IMG/VR virus record: IMGVR_UViG_3300017747_001382
Location: 1-28,931 of that record
Reading direction: 5' to 3' (one strand)
Source of the DNA: a virus
Taxonomy: Duplodnaviria; Caudoviricetes
Length of the DNA: 28,931 nucleotides
Part shown: piece by piece, positions 1 through 7,233 of the stretch
How the letters are laid out: every line of letters starts with the position of its first letter
Numbering within the stretch: the stretch's first letter is position 1
Made by a program: the position numbers and the translations under genes
Notes under the pieces: generated by a model
The model's database searches: none
What the model saw: the letters and a program-made list of their open reading frames with translations, nothing else
What the model was told of the DNA's origin: nothing

Positions 1-858
1 GGCTCCGTAGACCTCGACGTGAGCCTGAGCGCTGTCGGGGCCGTATTCGTCGATAATCTGCTGATAGACTGCCTTATCAGTGCCCTCCACGCTTCTAGCG
101 TCAACAACCTTGTTTCGCCAGAAATCGCGCTTGCTGTTGAAGCACTCGTAGAAATATCCGCTGTTACGGCGGGGGTTGCTGAAAGCAAGCCAAAAACGAT
201 TAGGAGTGTTCTCTGTAAAGAAGCCACTGGCCACCGCCCAGATTGAGTCGTCAATACCGCTGGCCTCGTCGAACACCAGCATGACGCCCGCGAAGTTATG
301 CACGCCCGCGTAACTGTCTGGGTTCTCCGCCGACCACAGCCGCCCCTCGACGCCCCAGTAGCGCGTGCCCAGCTTCAGGTCGCGCTCGACCAGCTCCGCA
401 ATCCATTTAGCCGGCAGCACGCGCGTCGCGCTTACCTCATACCAGTGACTGTTGATCGACATGGACAGCCACTTAGTAATCTCGGCCCAGGTGACGCTGC
501 GGAGCTGCGCCTCACTGTTAGCCGACACGATGGTCGTGCTGCCAATCCGCGTCGTCAGCATCCAGATCACGAGCCAGCTAACAAGGGCTGACTTACCGAT
601 ACCGCGACCGGAGCTGGTCGCCATGCGGAAGGTTTCGAAGTCTAACCGACCGCCGTTTGCGCGGATATGCTCGCGTAGCTCGACTAAGACCTCTAGCTGC
701 CACTTGCGCGGGCCTGTGAAGTGTTCGAGCGGCGTGCCGGCCTTACCCCACGGAAATGCGAGGCGGACAAAAGCTACCGGGTCATTCTTGACCTGCGACG
801 ACCACAGGGTCGCCATTAGCTTCTGTTCTTCGTCCGCTGAGTAGATCGGCACTTGCAT
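1..858 (-). CDS. terL: Terminase large subunit, N-terminal ATPase part (runs off the left edge)
   Basis: Translated by hand; absent from the ORF track because it has no stop in the window. Open from ATG 858 to base 1: MQVPIYSADEEQKL...PRKWQ...ATSSGRGIGKSA (Walker A)...VMLVFDEASGI (Walker B)...AFSNPRRNSGYFY. Lies directly downstream of terS. Confidence 0.93.
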   Translation of the reverse strand, partial: MQVPIYSADEEQKLMATLWSSQVKNDPVAFVRLAFPWGKAGTPLEHFTGPRKWQLEVLVELREHIRANGGRLDFETFRMATSSGRGIGKSALVSWLVIWMLTTRIGSTTIVSANSEAQLRSVTWAEITKWLSMSINSHWYEVSATRVLPAKWIAELVERDLKLGTRYWGVEGRLWSAENPDSYAGVHNFAGVMLVFDEASGIDDSIWAVASGFFTENTPNRFWLAFSNPRRNSGYFYECFNSKRDFWRNKVVDARSVEGTDKAVYQQIIDEYGPDSAQAHVEVYGA

Positions 859-1252
859 CTATGATCTCGCCTTGGATTACGCGTTGCTGGGCTTCTTCCA
901 GCGCCGCTATGATAGATATGCGCTGCTCGACCTGCACCTGCACGGACTGCGGCGCTGTCCACTTGTGGACGTGCTTGAGAATGTCCAGCGCCGCCTTTGT
1001 GTCGCCCTCAAGCGCGGCCGTGCGCAGCACGTTCGCCATCTCCGCTTCGCCCTCTGCGCGGCCCTTATGTTCAGCATACTCCGCGATGGGGTCGAACTGC
1101 ACCAGCCGCCGGTATTCAGTCGGCGTCATGCCAGCCGCATAGGCCAGCGTGTCGCCTTTCAAGCCTTTGCGCGCGGCTAGATAGATCCGCTCAAGCACGG
1201 CTTCCGTCGCTTCGATCTTGCGCGGTTCGTAGGGTAAGGATTCGAACGTCAT
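782..1252 (-). CDS. terS: Terminase small subunit (probable)
   Basis: Helical 156-aa protein (MTFESLPYEPRK...AYAAGMTPTEYRRL...AALEGDTKAALDILKH) immediately upstream of terL, overlapping it by 77 bp. Start placed at ATG 1252 behind a promoter; the ORF track starts at 1288. Confidence 0.75.
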   Translation of the reverse strand: MTFESLPYEPRKIEATEAVLERIYLAARKGLKGDTLAYAAGMTPTEYRRLVQFDPIAEYAEHKGRAEGEAEMANVLRTAALEGDTKAALDILKHVHKWTAPQSVQVQVEQRISIIAALEEAQQRVIQGEIIDASADLLSGRRTEANGDPVVVAGQE

Positions 1253-1259
1253 GCCGGGG

Positions 1260-1288
1260 AATATACGCAATAAATTGTTTGATGACAA
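1260..1288 (-). promoter_or_regulatory. sigma70-like promoter for terS/terL, probably giving a leaderless mRNA
   Basis: Minus strand TTGTCA (1288-1283), 17 nt, TATATT (1265-1260), then 7 nt to ATG 1252 with no Shine-Dalgarno. Confidence 0.6.
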
Positions 1289-1401
1289 CTTTTACAAAAA
1301 ATAAAAAAGTTTGTGCAGATCCTACGTATTTCTTAAAGGAGATCCCTCGGCCCAGCCCCCCTCCCCGTTTACAATCCCAGCTCCAAGCCAATGCCGATCA
1401 A

Positions 1402-1432
1402 TGTAAACTTAAACCATCACGTTAAGTTTACA
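1402..1432. repeat. Perfect 11-bp inverted repeat
   Basis: TGTAAACTTAA (1402-1412), 9-nt spacer, TTAAGTTTACA (1422-1432). Confidence 0.9.
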
Positions 1433-1436
1433 ATCA

Positions 1437-1749
1437 ATAGTCATATAGTCATGCGATTAGCATGTCGATGCAAGCATAGTCATATAGTCATATAGTCATG
1501 GCTTTCAAAGTCGGTGCAGCGCCAGCCAGGGAGCGGCGGGGAGACAACGCGGGTGTGGGGGCGCGGGGCGCTTATAGTCATATAGTCGAATAGTCATACC
1601 GATTTTCCTTCTCCAAACTATTATACTATTATGTATACATTTATCTTAAAAAAACTTTTCTTCAACTCTCATGACTATACGACTATTCCATATATTCCCT
1701 GGCCTTCAAAGCCACGTCGTCGACCTATTCCGCGACTATGCGCAACTAT
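1437..1749. repeat. 8-bp iteron clusters (ATAGTCAT) in opposite orientations around an AT-rich core; putative replication origin
   Basis: ATAGTCAT at 1437, 1445, 1476, 1484, 1492, 1574 and 1590, plus ATAGTCGA at 1582. Reverse-orientation copies: ATGACTAT 1671, ACGACTAT 1679, GCGACTAT 1732, GCAACTAT 1742. AT-rich stretch ~1598-1670 lies between. The repeats are certain; origin function is inferred. Confidence 0.75.
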
Positions 1750-1761
1750 AATCGCCAAAAA

Positions 1762-1804
1762 TGTGCATAACCTAGTTGACAAGCATAAAAAGATTTGATA
1801 CCTA
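1762..1804 (+). promoter_or_regulatory. DnaA box next to a sigma70-like early promoter
   Basis: TGTGCATAA (1762-1770) is the reverse complement of TTATGCACA, fitting TT(A/T)TNCACA. TTGACA at 1776-1781, with a weak -10 (TG-A-TACCTA) 17 nt downstream. Confidence 0.5.
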
Positions 1805-1835
1805 CATACCTATCAACAGTGAAGGAGCCAAAACG

Positions 1836-2063
1836 ATGACTGACTACAACGGCTGGACAAACTACGCCACGTGGCGCGTCAATCTGGAAATATTCGACGG
1901 CTCTGAAGGGCCGTGGGATCATCATAGCGCCAAAGAATTTGCAGAAGAGATTATCTGCGAAACTTCGCCCGAAGGTTTGGCGCGCGATTATGCGCTAGCG
2001 TTTCTGTCTGATGTAAATTGGTACGAGATTGCCAGTCATTATGGCGAAGAAGAAGCCGCTTAA
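1836..2063 (+). CDS. Conserved small acidic phage early protein (YNGWTNYxTW family)
   Basis: SD GAAGGAG at 1821-1827. MTDYNGWTNYATWRVNL...VNWYEIA is a motif pair I recognise from phage hypothetical proteins. A terminator follows. Confidence 0.8.
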   Translation: MTDYNGWTNYATWRVNLEIFDGSEGPWDHHSAKEFAEEIICETSPEGLARDYALAFLSDVNWYEIASHYGEEEAA

Positions 2064-2069
2064 ACTTAG

Positions 2070-2099
2070 GGTCACGCCAGCGATGGCGTGGCCTTTTAT
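2070..2099 (+). terminator. Rho-independent terminator
   Basis: GGTCACGCCA-GCGA-TGGCGTGGCC followed by TTTTAT, just after the stop at 2063. Confidence 0.75.
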
Positions 2100-2127
2100 G
2101 TAACGTATCCACATAGGGGACAAGACA

Positions 2128-2646
2128 ATGCTGAAAGAATGGATGGACGCCCAATGGCGCAATCCGGGCGTGCGCTGCGCCGGGCATGGCGTGGCGTATA
2201 TGATGGAGGGCGGCAAGGTCGTCGCGCGCGCGGGAACGCAGCGCAGCTATATCGACAAAGAGACGAAACGTCGGCGGACCAAGCTGGCGATGTATAATGA
2301 GAAGTTGCGCCCGATCATACTGGCGGAGGCGACAAGTGAGTTGCGCAATATGGTCATCCCGCCAAAAAGTTGGAGGGAAGATGAAACAATCGAAAAGCGC
2401 CCGCATTATACGTGGCCAAAACAGGCGCCCGTACAGGATCCAGTGGAGACTGTAACCGCTGTCCCGCGCAAGCGCGTCTCGCGCGTCAAGCTGGCGCAAG
2501 CGCAAGAAATCTTATCCAAAGTTCCGCAGGACGAGCTGGCGTCGTTCTTGGCGCGCTTTGGCCTGTCCATGTCACTGGCGGCGTCAATCGCGTCGTTGGA
2601 TAACGTCGAACAAATCGCACGCCAATTTTTGAGGGCAACGCTATGA
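2128..2646 (+). CDS. Hypothetical protein (172 aa)
   Basis: SD-like AGGGGA upstream; ATGA overlap with the next ORF. Confidence 0.7.
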   Translation: MLKEWMDAQWRNPGVRCAGHGVAYMMEGGKVVARAGTQRSYIDKETKRRRTKLAMYNEKLRPIILAEATSELRNMVIPPKSWREDETIEKRPHYTWPKQAPVQDPVETVTAVPRKRVSRVKLAQAQEILSKVPQDELASFLARFGLSMSLAASIASLDNVEQIARQFLRATL

Positions 2647-2801
2647 TCGAGATTGAAATAGAGATTGACCATTTAGAGGCGCTGCTGGCGCACCTTGCCA
2701 CGGTCAAGCGCGACCCGCTGCTAGAGGTCGCGTACATGACCCTGAAAGACGCGCATGACAACGCGGCGGAACAATACTGGACAGAACAGTGGAGCTATTG
2801 A
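2643..2801 (+). CDS. Hypothetical protein (52 aa)
   Basis: Translated by hand: MIEIEIEIDHLEALLAHLATVKRDPLLEVAYMTLKDAHDNAAEQYWTEQWSY. ATGA-coupled and fills the gap exactly. Confidence 0.65.
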   Translation: MIEIEIEIDHLEALLAHLATVKRDPLLEVAYMTLKDAHDNAAEQYWTEQWSY

Positions 2802-2802
2802 A

Positions 2803-3096
2803 ATGGCGCATTTCACCTATGAGCTAGACGAGTTTCAACCGTGGCCGGGTCTAGCGGTCTATGCCTATGGGGTCGCGACCATCTCCTACAAATGGGAAGG
2901 GCGCGACCGTGACACCGGCGACGACGGCGGCCCGTATGACATAGAGCTGGAGCATCTGACGATAAGCGCCGACAAAGCCAAAGAGCCTGACCGCTGCATA
3001 GAGCAGACCGACCCGCTCTTTGCGCAGGTCGAAGCCATCCTATGCGCCAGCCGCGACGTGTATGCCGCTTGCAAGGAAGATTATGAACAAAGCTGA
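2803..3096 (+). CDS. Hypothetical acidic protein (97 aa)
   Basis: GGAG SD before ATG 2803; MAHFTYELDEFQPWPG... Confidence 0.7.
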   Translation: MAHFTYELDEFQPWPGLAVYAYGVATISYKWEGRDRDTGDDGGPYDIELEHLTISADKAKEPDRCIEQTDPLFAQVEAILCASRDVYAACKEDYEQS

Positions 3097-3178
3097 CCTA
3101 CTTGCATTCGCCATCGGCGCAGCGCTGGCAATACCGGCGCTCGCCCTATTCGTAACATATCTACTAGGGGGGCTCTAA
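3083..3178 (+). CDS. Small membrane peptide (31 aa)
   Basis: MNKADLLAFAIGAALAIPALALFVTYLLGGL; AAGGA SD; TAATG coupling to the next ORF. Confidence 0.6.
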   Translation: MNKADLLAFAIGAALAIPALALFVTYLLGGL

Positions 3179-3330
3179 TGTCACGCATGAAAGATTATTT
3201 TGAATTTAGCCAGCTCTTACATTGGCTGTCCGATGAGGCGCTTAACATCCTGTTAGAAACCGAACAGGACGACTACCGCGTAAAGATCATTCAGAACGAG
3301 ATGGAGAAGCGCGGTCATGCTCAAACTTGA
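3178..3330 (+). CDS. Hypothetical protein (50 aa)
   Basis: MSRMKDYFEFSQLLHWLSDEALNILLETEQDDYRVKIIQNEMEKRGHAQT; coupled on both sides. Confidence 0.6.
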   Translation: MSRMKDYFEFSQLLHWLSDEALNILLETEQDDYRVKIIQNEMEKRGHAQT

Positions 3331-3574
3331 ACTCGACACACAGCCAGGCGGCGCATACGCGCGCTGGCGCAAAGGTCAAGGGCTAACGCTGCACAGGCGC
3401 GACGGCTCCATGATCCTAAAAATAAACGCGGCCTATGCCGACGACCGGGCGCTAGAGACGGCGGCCAAAACGCTCACATTCATGCTCAGAGGTCACAATG
3501 ATTTTAACGCCAGAACAGCAAAGCCAAGCCGAGACGATCAATCTAATAATTCAGGAGATGGCGGCTCAACATAA
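3317..3574 (+). CDS. Hypothetical protein (85 aa)
   Basis: GGAG SD; part of the coupled early operon. Confidence 0.55.
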   Translation: MLKLELDTQPGGAYARWRKGQGLTLHRRDGSMILKINAAYADDRALETAAKTLTFMLRGHNDFNARTAKPSRDDQSNNSGDGGST

Positions 3575-3755
3575 CATCTCCACCGAATACCTGTTGGGCC
3601 ATCACAGGCGCGCCGGAATCGTATGGGCCAGATTCGAGGTCATGTGGCGTGCGCGGCAAGAAACCGGCGCGTCCTACGCCCTGATCGGTCATGTCATGGG
3701 CGGGCGCAACCACAGCACCATCATGTCTGGAATCAAACGCTATGAAAATCGGTGA
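3498..3755 (+). CDS. DnaA C-terminal (domain IV)-like HTH protein
   Basis: IIQEMAAQHNISTEYLLGHHRRAGIVWARFEVMWRARQETGASYALIGHVMGGRNHSTIMSGIKR matches the DnaA domain IV pattern (R..IV.AR...M....T..S...IG..FGGRDHTTV). Confidence 0.85.
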   Translation: MILTPEQQSQAETINLIIQEMAAQHNISTEYLLGHHRRAGIVWARFEVMWRARQETGASYALIGHVMGGRNHSTIMSGIKRYENR

Positions 3756-3806
3756 AGCGATGGCAATGTTACTAGCCGTGATAATTGAACTGTTTCTAGG
3801 AATCAA

Positions 3807-4010
3807 ATGATGACCTTCGAAGAACAGATAGAAGCCTATGGGGCCATTGTCCCCGACTGCCCGGTAGACCTACCCTGCTATCAGGTGAACCGCTCTCTAT
3901 GGCAGTTATACAAGCGCCTAGACCCCAAAGCGCAAGAGCATCCCGTAATGACCGAGCAAGAGATCGTCAGGCGATTTGATCTCTTGTTTATGGGCCTAGG
4001 AACGTGCTAG
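3807..4010 (+). CDS. Hypothetical protein (67 aa)
   Basis: AGGA SD; last ORF of the + early operon. Confidence 0.6.
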   Translation: MMTFEEQIEAYGAIVPDCPVDLPCYQVNRSLWQLYKRLDPKAQEHPVMTEQEIVRRFDLLFMGLGTC

Positions 4011-4055
4011 AAAGGATTTGACACAGGCTTGTGTCGTTTCCTCCCTATGGTGACT

Positions 4056-4087
4056 GGCCCTGGCGTCCCTTGCCGGGGTCTTTTTTT
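4056..4087 (+). terminator. Rho-independent terminator between convergent units
   Basis: GGCCCTGGC-GTCCCTT-GCCGGGGTC followed by T7. Confidence 0.75.
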
Positions 4088-4538
4088 ATCTGCCGAACAT
4101 ATACTGATAGATCAGATCGCGAATAGAATTATTACTGGTGGGCATATCGGGGCTAAAACCGCGCGGCGATAAGATAGGCGCGGAGCCAGGAATAGGCCGC
4201 ATCGCCTGCATCTGGCGCATACGAACCTGTTGATCTAGCATCTGGCGAATAGGATCGACCGGATACGCCTGCTGCATGGCTTGCTCATATTGCGGCTGCG
4301 TATAATAATTATTTGACCCCGCCGGCGCTGGCATAGGACGGCCCATCTTGGCCATAAGTCCGGCGATATGCGGCCTGAAGTCCGTGTCCTCTTCCATAGG
4401 CCCCGGCGCATACGGGTAATCCGTCAGATTTTGCAATCTCTGCATTTCGGGGCCATAGTCCACACCGCCCGCTAAACGTGCTAAGACGTTCTGCTCTAGC
4501 GCTTTGGGCGTTAGCTTATTCCCAGGTTTACTAGCCAT
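4086..4538 (-). CDS. Hypothetical Pro/Gln/Met-rich protein (150 aa)
   Basis: Long ORF ending at the terminator; low-complexity composition. Confidence 0.65.
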   Translation of the reverse strand: MASKPGNKLTPKALEQNVLARLAGGVDYGPEMQRLQNLTDYPYAPGPMEEDTDFRPHIAGLMAKMGRPMPAPAGSNNYYTQPQYEQAMQQAYPVDPIRQMLDQQVRMRQMQAMRPIPGSAPILSPRGFSPDMPTSNNSIRDLIYQYMFGR

Positions 4539-4776
4539 GACCGAATCCGAGTTCGAACGGCGCTTGAAGGCGCTACAGCAGGAAGTATCCGAGTCCTACC
4601 TTAAAGGATACAACGAGGCCCGACAACGGGCTCAATGGACTATTGCGGCGGCTGTCGACGAGAGCACCCGTCTACGCAACGCACTCGAATGGGCGCTAGA
4701 CGAGGTGCAGGATGAAAACCGAAGAGTCCGTATTCTAGCAGCCATGCACCGGCACAGATCGCCAGATCAATTATAA
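4537..4776 (+). CDS. Hypothetical coiled-coil protein (79 aa)
   Basis: MTESEFERRLKALQQEVSESYLKGYNEARQR...LRNALEWAL; helical, phage-like composition; exactly fills the gap between two minus-strand genes. Confidence 0.55.
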   Translation: MTESEFERRLKALQQEVSESYLKGYNEARQRAQWTIAAAVDESTRLRNALEWALDEVQDENRRVRILAAMHRHRSPDQL

Positions 4777-4973
4777 CCCTGACCATAGCCAACGCCCTCC
4801 AACAACTCGCGGGCGACCTCGTGGGCGTGACAGAGCCGTTCGACGATCTCCGGCGGACACTCATCATCCCCCGGAGTCGCCGCCCAGTCCAGATAATTTT
4901 CTAGGCTTTCGGTCAAATTAGCCAACACGTTTACAAACACCGGGTAGGCGTCAACCTTTAAGTGCGACGACAT
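4767..4973 (-). CDS. Hypothetical protein (68 aa)
   Basis: Overlaps the primase-helicase 3' end; acidic and helical. Confidence 0.6.
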   Translation of the reverse strand: MSSHLKVDAYPVFVNVLANLTESLENYLDWAATPGDDECPPEIVERLCHAHEVARELLEGVGYGQGYN

Positions 4974-7233
4974 TATCTTTCGCCTCCGGTTCGACCATCT
5001 CGCGCAGCTTGGCTTTGGTCAAGTGCGCCAGCTCCCCGCGCACGAAAATGTGCCGCTTCGAGGTGTATTTCGGGGACATGCAGAGCCCCTTGTCAACCCA
5101 CCCGGCTTCTTTCCTGGCGTGGAGGAGCGCCGGCTGCACCAGCCGCATACGCAGATTGTCCGGCGCGGCTTCCGACAGGATCTTGAGCGTCTGATGCCAA
5201 GGCCCGCAGATAATATCGGTGTTGAAGGGCGCTTCCTGCTTCTCAATCATGTGATGAATAAAGCTCTCCGCGCTGCTCATGCCTGTATAGACAAGCCTCT
5301 GCTTATATTCTGTTGAGAACGGAATCGCCTTCGGATTAAACTTCGACACGTCACGCGAGCGCAGCCACCAGGTAACCGCCTCGAACCCGCCTTCGTTCTT
5401 ATACCAGCCCCAGATCCGGTCTGTTTCTTCCGGCGTCATCTTGGCGCTGTCAGACCACACGCAGAACCAACGGCGGTCGTCGCTGTCCAACGTGATCGGC
5501 ATGGACTCGTTTGTAAACGCCAGCATGAAAATGCGGTTCGGCATTTCAAACGGATGCAGGCTCTTGCGGTTGACTGTCAGCATTTCCGGCGGGGCCGCGA
5601 TGATCGGCTTGAGCTTGTTCGCCAGCGCCCGGCGCTCTTTGGCTTCCGGTTCTTTCAGCTCGTTCAGCACCATGATCTCAGTCTGGTAATGGTAGCCGAA
5701 ATCGCTGCTGATTTTGTTGCTGTCGATTACCTTCACATTGTTCATGTGTTCGCCGCCAACGGCCCAGAGCAACGGATACCACATCGTGTCCTTGCCAATA
5801 CCGCCGTTGCCGCCATGCAGGATCGCGTGATTGATCTTCGTTCGCGGCTGCTGCGCCTTAACGGCCATCACGTTCCATATATGCTCAAGCTCACGTTCAT
5901 CCGGCACAAGCCGGCGGCAATGGTCGATCCAGAGCTGCGGGTCGCCGCCGCCCGTAACCTTCGGCCTGGCGTCGCGCCACACGTTGCCATAGACAAGGCC
6001 ATCGCGTGAAACCTTCCATTCATCGCCGGCGGCGTAGGTCATGCCTTTAAGAACGTAACCGCCCTGACTCTCGCGTTGCTCGTCATACCAGACCGACGCC
6101 TCAAGCCGGCGCGGCTTCTCGCCCGTGGATCTGCACTCGACGTGCCGGAAAATCGCGTTAAACGCGCGACGGCTGATCTCTTGGCCTGTCTCGTGATCGA
6201 AATAAGCGTCGTCGTCTATGATGTAGGCGAAGCGCTCGTGCCAGCCGGCCCGATCTTCGCGTCCTGCCTGCTTACGCTCCACCTCCGCCACACGCGCAGC
6301 GCCTTCGTCGGGGAACTCTTCAGTCGGCTTCAGTGTCTTGAGCGTATTGGTATAATCGGCAATGAGGTCGCCACGCAGGCCGGGGATGGTGCGAGGGCCG
6401 CCCTGCTCCGCGACCCAATCGCAAAAGAAACGGCTATCCAAATGCTCGCAATGAGCGTGATAGCAACAGAACGACCGATCCATTGGGCAATAGCGCGCTT
6501 CGATCTGTCCATCGGTGTGACCTTCGTGATTCGGGCAGACGACGCCGCACCAGCCCTCTTGATTTACGTTTGACGTAACAAGACTATTCTCGTTCAACCA
6601 CGCAAACACGTTATCATTGCCCGTGTCTTTTACGCGGAACGTAATACGCTGCGCATTACCGACTTCGGCTGGCGTCACCTCAAGCGCAGCGCAGATTTGA
6701 TCAAGCGTATATTCGACGCCTTTGTTAAACTCTACTTCGCGGCAAACAAACGCACCGCGTCCCGGCTTGACGTTTACGGAACCCGGAAGACGACAGTTGC
6801 GCACGGCGTTAGTCGCGCCGGGGTCAGTGTAACCGGCGGCTGCGATAGCTGTCAGCGCCGCACAGTGTTCTTCGACGGTCGGCTGCTCGCTGTAGGCATA
6901 CCACCATTGATAATTGCCGGGGCTCGTCTCGACGATAGCGGTCGGCTTCAACGGCGGTTCTTTCGACTTTGTGCCAATGTCGTCCAGCATCATAAACAGA
7001 ACATGCGTGCAGTTGGCCACGCTGGCGGACGGCTTGCTCGTCATACGGTCAAGGATGAATGACCCTGTATTCAGAAACCAGCTTTCGCCTTCCTTGCGCC
7101 TGTGCGTCGGCATGTAAGCCGGCCACGTGTATTTAGGGCTACCGTCGAGGTGATGGCCGCCGGTCGGCTTTTGTTTAACGATCAGCGCCGTCTCGCCTGC
7201 CGGCGCAAGGCCGCAAAAATATTCTAAAATCAT
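4951..7233 (-). CDS. Primase-helicase: RepB-like (AEP) primase, Zn-binding region and SF3/DUF5906-type helicase
   Basis: MLDDIG...VETSPGNYQWWY...DPGATNAVRNCRLPG (RepB primase motifs); CPNHEGH...FCCYHAHC; HGGNGGIGKDT (Walker A), MVLNE (Walker B), LAFTN, DDRRWF. Start at ATG 7233 from the ATGA overlap with the polymerase stop. Confidence 0.9.
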   Translation of the reverse strand: MILEYFCGLAPAGETALIVKQKPTGGHHLDGSPKYTWPAYMPTHRRKEGESWFLNTGSFILDRMTSKPSASVANCTHVLFMMLDDIGTKSKEPPLKPTAIVETSPGNYQWWYAYSEQPTVEEHCAALTAIAAAGYTDPGATNAVRNCRLPGSVNVKPGRGAFVCREVEFNKGVEYTLDQICAALEVTPAEVGNAQRITFRVKDTGNDNVFAWLNENSLVTSNVNQEGWCGVVCPNHEGHTDGQIEARYCPMDRSFCCYHAHCEHLDSRFFCDWVAEQGGPRTIPGLRGDLIADYTNTLKTLKPTEEFPDEGAARVAEVERKQAGREDRAGWHERFAYIIDDDAYFDHETGQEISRRAFNAIFRHVECRSTGEKPRRLEASVWYDEQRESQGGYVLKGMTYAAGDEWKVSRDGLVYGNVWRDARPKVTGGGDPQLWIDHCRRLVPDERELEHIWNVMAVKAQQPRTKINHAILHGGNGGIGKDTMWYPLLWAVGGEHMNNVKVIDSNKISSDFGYHYQTEIMVLNELKEPEAKERRALANKLKPIIAAPPEMLTVNRKSLHPFEMPNRIFMLAFTNESMPITLDSDDRRWFCVWSDSAKMTPEETDRIWGWYKNEGGFEAVTWWLRSRDVSKFNPKAIPFSTEYKQRLVYTGMSSAESFIHHMIEKQEAPFNTDIICGPWHQTLKILSEAAPDNLRMRLVQPALLHARKEAGWVDKGLCMSPKYTSKRHIFVRGELAHLTKAKLREMVEPEAKDNVVALKG

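Noticed and set aside
1437-1597. CRISPR array or simple microsatellite
   Set aside because: Units are only 8 bp with no unique 25-45-bp spacers and no cas operon; mirrored copies fit iterons better.
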